The position numbers and the translations under genes were made by a program. Positions 44,032 through 57,561 of a stretch of 64,000 bases of DNA are shown here, piece after piece. Source of the DNA: Trichoplax adhaerens (Eukaryota; Animalia; Placozoa); NCBI RefSeq assembly GCF_000150275.1, contig NW_002060951.1:1498297-1562296 (forward strand), in the 5' to 3' direction. Each line of letters starts with the position of its first letter. The stretch's first letter is position 1. The notes under the pieces were generated by a model. It was not told the DNA's origin and did not search any database. It was given only the letters and a program-made list of their open reading frames with translations.

Positions 44032-47000
44032 ATGGCCTCAGTCAGAGAGAAAAGAATCCAGAAAATTCTTCAAATTAAAGATAGACTAACTTCCAAGAAC
44101 ATCACCAAGAAGCAGGTTTGTTTCTAATTGAATGTACGCAATTGATTTTACATCAAAGTCAATCAGTGGAGGATACATTACAGTCGTTTATGCTAGTGTA
44201 CTGTAGATCCATTGATTACTGGAAGACGAAAACACTGCAGGTCATCGATAATAAGCAAAAAATAACTGTCTAGAAGTTAGTTATGGCGTAGGATGGCTAA
44301 TCATTGATCTTACTGACACTGTTAATAGGATAGGTTCTGTAGGTATCGATTTTAGTGATTGAATTAGATAAAGTTGTACAGTATTGTAGTATATTGATGA
44401 TGTACAGTACTGTCTTTGGATAGTGTTCGACACTACTACCACTGCACCTACACTTTGCATCAAGGGGTACTTCTTTTTTGGAGGCAGCATCGATCTGGGC
44501 TTTTTTCCTAGTTACCTGGGCAACTCCACTTTACACATACGCTACGTGGCTTCGTAGATTGCAATATTATACGAGGAATAGCGACTAGTTGTCTGTGATA
44601 TGTTGTCATCTATCAACAAATTCATGTAGCAAAAGCGTTGGTAATAGATAATGATGTTATCTTCTCGATTTGAACTTTAGAAAGGAAATGTGATACTTTG
44701 TGATGGATAGCTGTTGACAGTGTCTGCGAATCTTTGCCCAATACTTTAATGACATGTGATTTACTTTCACAATATTTTCAATGTATAGAGATTATTTCTC
44801 TTTCTAACAAATTATAAAATCGCATAATAATGGCTTTCAATTCTGGTTCTCGATCCTTTCTGCACTTTTCAAGCAATGGAAAGTCCCATTATAATAATTC
44901 AAATACTGCCGATACTGTATACTGTTCGACGGTGTCTGATATGCGTACTTCTTCTGCTGTGCTTAGTGAAGATTATTATTATACTGTATTTAGAATTTAT
45001 GATAATGGTCGTAACTTCAGTGATATCTCGAGTCTGATCATGTAATACAGTAGTTGGTGAAGATACTGGACGTCTTTGACTGGGTTTCGTATTATTTACG
45101 AGTATTTGACTATCATCAACCTTAGTTATCCCTTGGATATATTCGTAATTACCATTATAAAAGAAAATTGGTAGTTAGCAAAGCACTACTACAGCATACC
45201 GTATGGAAATATAGAATATCAACAATATACTACGTATTATTATCAAGATATGCTGCACTGCACTACCAATAGCCTTCATTTCAGAAATGCTAGCTAAACT
45301 GTGATGTGTTTGCAACTGCATACCCTATTAATTAAATTAAATTTGATGACATGTGAAGGCCCCCATGCTTGGAGATGATAGGTCGCCACTTAACGAATGG
45401 TTCTTGCTCATAAGCGTTAGCATCGTTTTTCTATAATGTAGAATTGTGTATAGTAAGCTACAATAAATACTGTATAACGTTTAGCTTTATAAATCTTTAA
45501 AATAACAAATCACTTTCCAGTCAATCATACTTGTTCGAAAGGAACCTCTGGAAAAACTCTGTATATTAGAATAGCCTGGCTTATAAGCATATTCCTATTG
45601 GCTGGTAGATTGCATGAATGATAATTATAATAATTTTTCAGAGTTGAAATGGAGATTACCGTTATTCTCTAAAAGTAGACATTTTTCGACAATCGATTGA
45701 CTTACTCTCTGAGTAAGTAAACATTTTAGATACACTTGGTATCAATCAAAGCTAATTAAGATATAAAATTGTAAATATAAGTCATACAAAAATGATACAG
45801 TATAGGAGGTTATAGGATAAATCTTGACGTCATTGTACTGTAGTAGTATCTGCTTGCTATATTGCTTATTTTATTTCAATGTTTAGATCATTGGTTTGTT
45901 TCGAGAATTGGATGAGATCCCCATAACCTACCAGTTATTAAAGGTTACACATTTTTGGATTTAAATTTTAGATACTGCAGTAATGTGATATAATCATAAT
46001 GCCTGTTGTATATTTCTTATTCAATGAGAGGGTCTAAACCACTATAACTTCACGGTAGCTTTTTATGCATTGATAACGTTACTGACTCAAAATGATAGCT
46101 TGACTACTTAATCTGATCATTTACAGTATAATTAAACTACAATCAATACGTTCATTACATTACGGTTGGATAATCACTTCGTTTACTGTTACTATTAACT
46201 TAATGCTGAGATAATAATATTATTTTTATTAATGTAGACTACTCTAATTGGTAAAGCTGTAAATAAATTGAAAAAACATGACGACCCAATTGGTAAAGTA
46301 GCTTCAAGAATTGTAGATAAGTGGAAGAAGATGGCTTCAGAATCGATCGCAACACCTTCCACACAAGTTGCAGCAAATGTGACATGTAGGTGTTTAATCA
46401 GCTTTCTGTTGTTGTTAATCGTTGATCGCACCTCTTGTGCTTGATGTAGAATTGTTTTCATATTGAGTAGTTTTGTATATCCTATAATTAAAATGATATT
46501 GCAGTTAAATCGTTTAAGAATGTGGGTATATTACCATGGTGTTTGGTAGACCTGCATTTTTGTACTGATTATATTATTACTAACTAATATAATACAAGTA
46601 GGATAGATAATGATGCTTCCTTGTCTTATATTTAGCCAATAGTAAAAGTGAGCAGTTAAAGACATCAAGAACGCCAGCAAATGTATTTGGTAAAGTACAA
46701 GGTTCTCATTCTGAGCGCGATAACCGAAGTAGTAATCCTGATCGAAGGTCATCTGGGATTCGACATGTAAAAGTTGATATGCCTCCAATTGTAAATATTT
46801 GTCCCCCAGTTCCTGCCAAAAAAGTCAAAAAAGGTTCATTGGCTGTAACTGTATATTGGTGCAATATAAAATTACTCATAGATGTATAAAACTTGCGAAT
46901 GATGAGAATTGCTACAAATTATATAAATAAGATATCATAGTATATTATATACGTGTTTATGGTTGCATTATAAAATAGCAAGAGAGTAACGCTCCAAATT

Positions 47001-48801
47001 TTACCATCTAAGTTATTACTGGTACACTGTGAATTTTTACGGGCGTAAAAATTTATTATATCCGCATATGGTTAGTTAAAGAATGTTTTTGGATTTGTCT
47101 TAGCAGCCCCTATTGATAGTGGAATGAATCCTGCTACTGTTAAAAAGTATGAAATGACACCCGTATTCTCTGGGAGAAAATCTCACAAATTACGTATGTA
47201 AATATCATAAGTATTTTATTTTAAAATTGCTTTATTAACATCTAAATTTTTGTCGCTCATTATAGAAGTTCAATCATTGTTTGATCTGTGTATGGATGTA
47301 TTATGTGAAAATATTGACTGTAAGGGATAATGAAGATACGCTGTTTATCAATCATTAATTTTAAGGATTGTTAAGTTTTTGTTACTAAAAGATGTTTGAA
47401 TATGCCTATTTAATGCCAAACTTTTTAGTTTGCTTTGTAGTCATAATACAATTATTTTTCAAAGCAAGCTGTAATAGTTATTTCAATATTATGTGTAATT
47501 TACTATGTGATCTGAAAATATACGAGCATATTTATCTTCTTACTATTTTTTAATGTAATCATAAGCTAATTTTAGTAGTTTGTAAAGTGCTTTAAACGTT
47601 TCTCATTCTATATTAAAGATATTTATGAACTTGGTCCTGCAGTATCCTATGATATAATTGCTCCTGTATTGTCACGGTATGTACTAAAAGATAATTTAAG
47701 GTGCTATCAAAGAGTGTATTCTTACTTGTAAATTTTACTTCTAATAGGTGTTCTGCTAAGCAGCTATCACACATTGAACAATATAATCCGGTACAAAATG
47801 ATTATATTATCTACTTATATTGTCTCAGTTATTTACTTTTAAAGATAGTAACTGAGTTGTAGTTATTACAACGATTATATTTATTATTTGAAACATCGCT
47901 GTAGCATCTGATTGATGAAACTGACGAATTATGGAAAATACATTGTCAAAGAGATTTCAAGGGATGTGAAATTTCAGGGCATGATATCTGGAAGAATTTA
48001 TATAAGGTGGGTTTCCAAAGTCCATTTATTAATAACTTTAGGCAATAGACAGTATTTTTATTTAGAATCGTAGTTCTTAGAGTAATTGATTTCTCACATA
48101 GGCTAAAACCGAAGAACGGGAAGATAAATTTAAAAGAGTTACTGCCAATATAGCAGCTTCAATGGCACACAAAAGACAGGGTATAAAAATTTAAAATTTA
48201 GATATCAAGTTAAGCTACACTGCATGTTAGGTCACTCCCAAAATGATCATGATGTAATGTACATATATACAAGCTTGAAGACTTTAAATATAAAACTTTA
48301 ATTCTTTAGGTATGGAGAAAAATAAGCCGACTGTTATTTCTATACCAAGAAAGCTTCATCGAGGTGAAACTAAGCGACGACATGTAATTCCGTTCAAGGA
48401 AGGGAAATCTGAACGTAGGTTGAGTAACATAATTATAAAACATAATTATGAAATTGCTTATTGGCTAATAGTAAAAAATTTTTATTTAATGTAATATTTA
48501 GCCCATTTAGTTTAATTCTTATGAATAAATCCATTAAAATGTGCTTAATAAATATACAATAGAGATGAATAGTAATTAGGCGAGATAGTTATTGAAAGTG
48601 AAAAATGATTTGTGATATCACGATTCTAAACTTAGATGGTTAATTTTTATTTTTGATGCTGTAGCGTCTGTCACTCCCATGATGCGTCGAACCATGAAAA
48701 TGGCAAAGATGCGGTACTTTATCTTTTGTTATTGAACCGTTCGAATCAATTTTTTTGATCTCAGCCTTTATTTGTACAGGAAGTTATCGACCGTGATTTA
48801 A
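44032..48801 (+). CDS. ELOA: Elongin A (transcription elongation factor B polypeptide 3), ~362 aa
   Basis: 13 exons: 44032-44115, 45887-45943, 46238-46385, 46636-46833, 47104-47193, 47266-47319, 47619-47676, 47748-47790, 47905-48006, 48102-48180, 48310-48414, 48665-48713, 48780-48801 (1089 nt). TFIIS-N domain (PITYQLLKTTLIGKAVNKLKKH..IVDKWKK), VFSGRK, BC-box SLFDLCMDVLCENID, LWKIHCQRDF and C-terminal PMMRRTMK. Confidence 0.9.
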
Positions 48802-50282
48802 CTATTTCTCTTCACTCAAATAGGACTCGTCAACTACGATCTGGTCGAATATGATTCTATGCGAAATTTCAATTATGTAGGAATGATGGTTAATCTAGAC
48901 CACTGCGTAATATCTTGCGCACCCAACTGATTAAATGAATTTATTTCAGAAAAATTTAAGTTATATTCTGTTGCAATACAAATTATATCCATAATAATAT
49001 CGACAATTTCGATATTATCTCCTTATTATGAATATATCATAATTTATAAGATATGAGCTCTTATACTTTGTTCGTACGGATAATATTTTTGTTTGGCTGA
49101 TTTTCGAGAACCTGACTGTTATATGGACATAATTTTTACATTGAGAATGAATCTTGTTAGCAGTACTTGCTTTACTATTAGTGAAAAACAAGTCATATAA
49201 ATCTAAAAACGTTGTATATGTAGCCTTAATATTGTGTATTCCATCTTTTACGTGAATTACTTTTATTCCCGTTTTTGAAATACCCTAAGTATAAGAAACG
49301 GCTTGTGGATAAATTACGTTATTGTTTTGGTAGGCAAGTTATCACGAGCAAGTGTATTGCTAGTTAAAATTGTGACATATTATTCTCCTTTAGCTTTTTA
49401 AGAGGCTTATCGAAATGAAGTCGTTATTAATAATGTGCTATAGTTCGAGAAGGTTAATTATTTTTAATGTTTATGTACTGTATCATGTAATATACTGTAC
49501 GTACTTCTCAAGATATAATTCTGTATCCGCTTTCTATAAATGTTCTTAGGTACTGTACACATTTAAATATACTGTAGCTACTTATGTCACATCTGTTTAG
49601 AATAGCGCAATAAACTAGGATGTCGTTATAAATCAGATAGGTTTTTTATCGAACCTTTCAACAGTGCATTCTCGTACACTTCTACAGTTGGACGATCAGA
49701 CACAGCACGATATTAAATTACAGTTAGACCGATGATCAAGTAAATTATTATTGGGTTACTACAGTCCTGTAGGACTTTACTTTGCAAGAAACACTCTTTA
49801 TCTCATCATGGTCACACTAAGCAATACAGTATATTTTGTAAGAGAAAACGAAATGTAATTGTAGCCAAAATGAAGACGAAAAAAGGTACTTCTGTTATAT
49901 AGTTTCATTGTACAATTGCATGCATCTGATTATTTTTCATTGATAAAAGGACGAACTGTTTTAGCTTGCTAAGTGAAAATCTTACGTTAGTATTTACAGT
50001 TAGTTAAGTAAGTATTATAAATTAACGCATCCTAACGCGTAGTATCCGTATCACAGTAATCAACACTCGAATGTACATGTAAACCAATCCGAAGAGCATC
50101 GAAGTTAACTGCAGCTAGATAACCTCCATCGTACTTTATTTAAGTACTTAGTCAAGTGATAATTTAAGTCACAAGTGCAACGCTTCGTTCACAGCACATA
50201 CTATTGATTTTTATTACGATAATGTTATAGTTCGCTTGATCAAGCAGGCCACGATGCGAAAGAGTCGCTGAGATAAGCGATA

Positions 50283-53200
50283 TTAATCTTTTTTCTTATG
50301 TCCAGTAGCAACAGGTTCTTCATCCTTCTCATTTCCACTGTCAGCATCCTTCTTAGAGTCTAGATAGTCCATTATAACAGACCAAATGTTATAATCTAGA
50401 GATATAAATACAATTTAAGAAAAATCGATGTCATATAGTACCTTTATTTTTCTTGGATTTTTTCCGGATTTGTTTCGATCGACTTGAAGCAGCTTCTGCC
50501 TCCTTTTGATCTCGTGTGTATTTGCTAATGACTGCGTAAAATTTCATTAGCATGTAGATTTGCAAAGCCGATATACATCCAATTGCCGCGTATCTATAGC
50601 GTAGTTTATAAAATAAGATACGAAGCATTAGGTATTAAATATAAAAAGCTATGCTACATACTGAAAAATACTTTAGGGCTATCTAACGGATACCTAACAA
50701 TAGGCTGATTAAAATTGCCCTGGCCAGTCGACGTCAATGCAGACTCTTCACCTGGAAGTGCAAATCTGTGTGATAATATTACGAGATTAACTTCGAGATA
50801 ACATAACTTGTTCAAGTGATAACTTAATAGAAACCTACAAAAAGATCCAGCCACAGAGTGCTACCGTGTCAAATCGTATGAATGGATACAAGTAACTCCA
50901 AACGGTCAAGCTGATTTTACGTATATAAAGTACATATATATAAGAAGATTAAAGCAAAGACAGTGTATTACTATTCAATTAGAACAGGCACATTATCGAG
51001 CCACATAGTATCCTACCCACTGGAACCTTGTTTAACTTTCCCAAAATAAACTAGCAAACGAGATGCATGGAAAACGATTTGCACTACATAATGACCCAAA
51101 ATGCAAACGAGTCCAAGGCGGCTAAAGCTAAAGATTAATATTCAATTACTTTCTCAATATATACTCGATAACCTGGACGATTTGTCGTCTAGTAGCTTGA
51201 TAAAAATATTGTACATAATGTGAGACTGCACTAGTATCTAGGTAAGTTTAGATAGGCAATTGTTTATTCTTTTATATGCGAAACGTAATAGGGTTAACGA
51301 AGTTTTACGATAACGCAGTTGACATAATTAATAAACTAACGCTAGTCGAAGAGTCATTAAATATCGTGAGAGTGATAATCGTATGATAATGGGCAACATG
51401 CAAAGATATCCTACAGGTTGAGAGTGATTATCTTGACTTACTTCAATATATATGCCGCTTCAGTGAATATCAAATTAAGTGAATAAAATATCACCCGAGG
51501 AGTTATTTCCTCCTATTATAATTACAAAAATTATACAATATCGTAATACGACCTAATTTAAAGTTATGATCGATGTTATGCAGCTTACTTTTTTGGCTTT
51601 TAATAGATACAGTTCGCAGAAATTATGCAGCCAAAACGCAAACTATTACAAGATATCGATTATTAGCAGAAGAAAAGTTATAAAAATACTGTTAACGTTG
51701 TTAAGAACATTATTTAGTGACAAGATATAAAGCGTATATAAATACATAACGAAATACCTGAAGCAGATAGAACATTTTCACGGCAAAACTGACAAGCACA
51801 AGCATAGATAAGGAGGACATACGATTAAACATTTGATGTTGCACATTATTCATGTACACGCCCAAAAAAGTTATTCTAATTGGCTAAACTTGTAGCTATC
51901 CTGACACTGGCAAATATGTACAGTAGTATTCAATCGATCTTTTAGAATCCTCAGCAATGCAACTTACGACATTTCCGTATGAGGGTAGTCTTTATACAGT
52001 CCGTGGATTGAATCGTTAAGAACCCATCGCTCCTACAATGTATATATATTCAATCAATTATGTTAACTGTCGTTAAAAATTACATAAAGTAGTATTAAAA
52101 CTGGTCAAATGCAATTTTGACAATTTTTAGCCGTCAGCGATATCATGAGGTAGACTAATAAAATTTTTTCGAAAACGCCGATATTAGAATAACTATCCTC
52201 TTACCTTTGTCAGTATATCGACACCATAAGCGACGCTGACAATGTAGAAAACAAACAGGTTGCAGGATTCAACGTATTTATGTTGTTTCACCTTTGACAA
52301 ACGCGTTTTTTTGATAAATTTCTGATAATAGGAATAAATTGATAGTTTTAGTGCTTAAATACCATCCATAAATATAGCACTAGGTAAGTATAGGTCTGTG
52401 TGTTTTACAGCTCTAAGTTACGACAGATACTTTCAAATAGAAGCGGTAATTTTGTATTTTTGTATTTATTTATATTACGACGCAACACGACTAATACAGA
52501 TTCATTTATCAATCCTTTAAATATCAAAATATACTATTTTGATTTCTGATGTAATCATTATGATAATATTGCTTTGTACTTACATCAATGACATATTCCT
52601 GTTCTACAGCACGGAAAATGATCACCATCAAAGTGAAAAAGAAGACCGTAAGAAGATCCCTCAGCCCGTAGGTAAAGGCAGTACTGATAGCGCGTCCAGT
52701 TTCTGGAAAGCATTTAGTGTTAATTTTTCAAGGTTAGAAGATGCTTAGCTTTATACATTAAATAGGAGAAGGTATTTATTTATCATTTTGCTATTAGTAG
52801 GTAACAGCTACTGTGTTGTGTTGATAATTTTACGTCGTTACTTTTATAGCATAAATTGAAAAGGAAATATACATTATATAATCCGCTTCATTAACATTAA
52901 TGCCATCAAATATTGCACCGTTTTTATTAAAATCGTCATTTCTAAAGTACATTAGTTGTGATGCTTTCAATCAAGAAGGTAAATCATCGTTCATAACGGT
53001 ATTTCTCCCTATCAATTTACACCTCCACACGGGTCCGTCTTTGTCCATTTTAGTAGTTCTACGGCGAATCTTTGGACAACGTACATTGTACAGTATCAAA
53101 GGTGTAAATTTATCATGATACTGTAATTTACTATAAAATATCAACTATTACCATGTGATAGTGTTATATATTTGTATAAGGTTAAATCTATTTTTACTAC

Positions 53201-56200
53201 ATATCACTACAATATAGACTACTTTACAAGTGAATATAAGTGCACATTATTGATCTATGATATACTGTAGAGTACCATAAGATAACGTGTATTGTGTATT
53301 AAGAGACCCTAAAAGGATCTTTGTTGCAGATGGTGTTCGATATACTCCAGGACTTTTCTTTTTAATTAGAAGTTTCTGATATCATAGTCGATATTGATAT
53401 AGCTAGCTAGCGACTAGGAACAGCTACTACTGTATCATAGCGTAGTACGTGAAGTACTACACAATCAGTTACAAATTTAACGATATATATAATCGATCGC
53501 TTTTAAGTTTCTGTCTCAATATTACATGTCTCGATTGGCTCAATCATGTTTTAGCTCGCTGATGAACAGCATAAACCGTAGGTTGATTGCAGATTTTCTA
53601 CAAGCAAATATTGAATGGTACAGTTTGCCTTGACTCTATCGTACAATAAATCGGCGCAAATACTACACAAAGAAAACAGCAAAACACCGCAATGTTACCT
53701 AGCGCATCGAGTCTATGCAAGTTAATTAAGTCAACACAGTCAACAGCGATGCTCAAATGAACAATGGATGAGCAGATTTTTCTCTTCATAGGATTTTGCT
53801 CTATTTTAATTCATAACTGTAGGCCACGTTTTATTCATTGATAATGTCTGGTCGTAAACAGAGTGCTGATAGTCGGGATCCAAACTGTTCATTAAAGACG
53901 CTGAGAGCTACAAGATTACTACTGTATTAATCCCGTAGAGTAATACGATTAGATCAGACAATAAACTATAAGCTATACAATGATACTGTGCTCCAGCATG
54001 GCCCGTTTTATTTTTTATAATCACTACAGAAAATAAAACCTTTCAAATGAAATTGACATCAGCTTTACCACAATAGGATCTATTTAATACTGTATAAGAA
54101 AAAGAATTGAAGGTAAGAGGCATACGATGGGTTTTAGCATGGTACTAATTTACTTTCAGTACAATGACAGGCAGGCAAAGTTGTGCTAGTACTGGAATCC
54201 CATTATATATAAATTATGCGTGATATTGTGACATGGATTTGAAGAATTTTATTTTAATTCCAAGTGCTCACAATTTAGGATAAAAAACGTCCTTCATGGC
54301 TGTATGAGATTTACAACATAATTAACGTGAACTATTTTAAATATATCAAAAAATAATCATTCTATCCGCTTCTACTTCAAAATTGAAGCCTTCACACCAT
54401 TAATTCATCATTGCCATTGAAATGCGAAGGAAAGGAGAAAAATGAATTACAGTGTTCATGGTAACACCATAAATGGGTAATTTTATGACATTGTCGATTA
54501 AAATCGGAGGGTAATAAAAGAAAGAATAAGTTGTTACTAGGTTATATGCTATCCATTTATGAATGGATGCGATCAAGTATTAGGAAAACATGTTCTAGGG
54601 AAATTAAGGCTTGGTTTTTTTCTATCGTTAGTCACGATGAGTTGCTTAGGGATTAAGGGAGAAAAATTTTTTGACGATTGTACGCGTATAAAAGGTATAC
54701 CCTCGGGCCCTGTCCACTTTTATTGTTGACTAAATTATATGCGGTACAGTTACAGTCATTAATTCTTCTAGTTTTGCGTAGTATGGCTAAACGTGGATTG
54801 TATACCATAAAACTTAGCTACTCAAAGTTTGACCGAATCGAATGAAGGCAATTCGTTGCAATTAGTAATAAGAGTTTGTGACATTGCCTTGTATGACATA
54901 ATATACTCATAGGTCCTATTTTAATTCAATAAAATGGAAGTCGTTAGGACATCAAAAATAATGCAGTGTGTGCAATATTGACTAGCGAGTAAGTGAGTGT
55001 GTGTTAGCCGATCAATTAATAGTAAGATGGACGTGTGTCCGAGAATTATGTATATTAAACGCTAATTGAACGACTGATCGATGCTAAGGGACAATTTCGC
55101 TCAAAACGCGAATCAATTTGTTTGAAAGGTAAACTACCATAGAACCAATCGGTGTACTGTGGAGTAAACAAGTTTGATTCATAGCGTTAGCGAATGCGAG
55201 TTTAAGATTCTAATATGGTTGTATAAAGCGCCGGAGGTAGTATCTCATGATGAGAATCAATCTTTTCGATAGAGGCAATAAACAGTCTATTCCTTCAATG
55301 AATATCGCAATCCTCGTATAATAGGGACAAACTATCAAGTAAAATGGTGATTTCATCATTTCTATGGGATAATGACAATAGAAAATAGTCCAAATGACTA
55401 CTTTTTCTCTTGGTAAACTGTAATGACAACAAGACTTAATGAACTGTAAGTAGTCAATTGATCTATCAGTTGTATTAAATTACAGCACAAGTTGTTATGA
55501 ATCCAATTTTTTAGCATTCCATTTTATGGCTTACCGTTATTGTAGTGGGTGATATTGTACTGCAAGGAGACGAAAGACGAACAAAAAGGGTTGGTTACCT
55601 ATAGCAAGTGATGACAAGAAGCGAATGAAACAGTTACAACTTGGAGCAATAACCGCTAGCTATAGAGAAATTATAGTCGATACAGTCACGATACAAGTGT
55701 GCTAACAAGGTCTGGATGGTGCTGGCAATAATCGTTACTACTATTACAATCAATAATCCAAGTTAACATTATCAAAATTTGACATTGATGTCTTATGCTA
55801 TCTCGAGTCCGTTTTACATGTTGAAGTTGGCATGGAGTACAGTACAAGGTGACAAAGCTATGTTCTAACTCCATGACCATGGCTTTGCAATACTATCTAG
55901 ACTAGTTGTTGTATGATAGGCAGAAGAATAGACAGATTATGGTCAAGATATACGGTGTAATCCTTTTTGGCGTAGACTTGGATAGCTTTAATTCATGTTA
56001 CTTTTCAATTTTTGTATTGATTTAATTCAAAATATTGTTGTACTGTACAAGTATGCAATGCTTGCTTGCATCGATCGGAGGTATTTGTATTAGTGTACTT
56101 TCTACTTCCTCTCCTACCCTATTGATCGTGTAAGACTGTCATGATGAACATGATTGCATGCATCAATCGGAAGCTCGCTAACATGAGTAGTGACTACTGC

Positions 56201-56506
56201 TGTAGTTTGGTAGAAATATGATCAACAGCCAGGCAAGATTGATCAAAGCTGAAAGTTAACCTTTAATAACAATTCTCCATGGCAACTCATCACTGTACAT
56301 TACTAGAATGGAGTCGACTTTGACTGGTTGGTCAAAACAAGCTTTAAATTATGAAGTTGCTATGACTATACCTTGAAAAGCAGTCCACAAACAATGATTA
56401 TACAGACAACCGATAGGATATCGGCATGATTTTCGATTACAAAATCATGACTTAAGACTGGAGGGCTTGCTTTACTGCTTTTCTTATGCAGACGCGGTGG
56501 CGGCAT
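50283..56506 (-). CDS. TRAM1: Translocating chain-associated membrane protein (TRAM1-like, TLC domain), ~379 aa
   Basis: 13 exons on the minus strand: 56506-56372, 55598-55535, 52702-52584, 52321-52205, 52032-51968, 51788-51758, 51642-51589, 51512-51442, 51127-51017, 50910-50839, 50765-50694, 50593-50442, 50359-50283 (1140 nt). Motifs SPPVLSHDFVIENHADI, LQYN, YGLRD, FWLHNFCELY, GNFN. The C-terminal KKKD fits a KKxx ER-retrieval signal. Confidence 0.93.
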
Positions 56507-56559
56507 TTTCAACGTGCACTCGTAAGTCAAGCTGAAGCAGGCGACGATGGCCAGACAAC

Positions 56560-57035
56560 TACTGTCGGGGTAGGGTACAAGTGGGTAACGACGCTGGTTG
56601 GCCTTTAATAAATGAACTCGCCTACACAGTGACTGTGGTCAGCTGGGGTTATACCGACGCTGGTTGACTTGGTCTTGAAGGTAAATGAGCTTGACTACAC
56701 AGTGACTGTGGTCAGCTGGGGTAGGGTACATACCGACGCTGGTTGACCTGGTCTTGAAGGTAAATGAGCTTGACTACACAGTGACTGTGGTCAGCTGGGG
56801 TAGGGTACATACCGACGCTGGTTGACTTGGTCTTGAAGGTAAATGAGCTTGACTACACAGTGACTGTGGTCAGCTGGGGTAGGGTACATACCGACGCTGG
56901 TTGACTTGGTCTTGAAGGTAAATGAGCTTGACTACACAGTGACTGTGGTCAGCCGGGGTAGGGTACATACCGACGCTGGTTGACCTGGTCTTGAAGGTAA
57001 ATGAGCTTGACTACACAGTGACTGCAGTCAGCTGC
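56560..57035. repeat. 79-bp minisatellite (~6 copies) directly upstream of TRAM1
   Basis: Unit gactacacagtgactgtggtcagctggggtagggtacataccgacgctggttgacttggtcttgaaggtaaatgagctt starts at 56693, 56772, 56851, 56930 and 57009 (partial). Degenerate copies lie to the left. Confidence 0.95.
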
Positions 57036-57120
57036 GGCCACAAACTCACAATGAGCATGTCCAAATCAGCAACTCCATTGTGTACGGCTTGACCGGGGTT
57101 AGTACCATAAGCATAGTGAC

Positions 57121-57138
57121 GGGGGGGGGGGGGGGGGG
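57121..57138 (+). repeat. Poly-G run (18 nt)
   Basis: 18 consecutive G in an otherwise AT-rich region. Confidence 0.9.
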
Positions 57139-57180
57139 TTTTGAGTGGCTTGGTGAGGACTTATTCCATACTGCACGCAG

Positions 57181-57561
57181 TACCATCGACGACTAGAAGA
57201 AGACCTGGACAAGACAGACAGACACTGCTGACCTCATCACGTCAAAATAGTGTGCCAAACATCTCGTTATGATAGTACTTTAGTACGGAGATGATAGATT
57301 TTAAAGTGACTGATATTTTTCTAAATTAAGTAAGTAATATTGCATCAAATCTTATCGTCTCTAACGAAAGCTCATGGTGGAATCAGCTAGATAAGATCAT
57401 CAATGTTATTGAAATGATTACCGGTGATTTAGAAAACAAACACGGAAGCTCCATACTAAAAGTACGGTATGTAACCATTATTCGATATTGACGGCCTCAT
57501 TTGCTAGTAAAAGTCCGTCGGTCCGAGGAATTGATCAGTCCAGGTCTTCTAGTCCATGGTA
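57181..57561. mobile_element. Putative ~380-bp MITE with imperfect ~24-bp TIRs and flanking TA
   Basis: Left end TACCATcgacGACTAGAAGAagACCTGGAC (57181-57210). The reverse complement of the right end (57538-57561) is TACCATGGACTAGAAGACCTGGAC. Confidence 0.6.

Noticed and set aside
52870-53720. Exon-like open stretches in TRAM1 intron 2
   Set aside because: The true exons 1-2 were found at 56506-56372 and 55598-55535 with clear homology and correct phase. These stretches lack comparable homology.
56560-57035. CRISPR-like array
   Set aside because: Units are contiguous with no unique spacers, the context is eukaryotic and there are no cas genes. It is a minisatellite.
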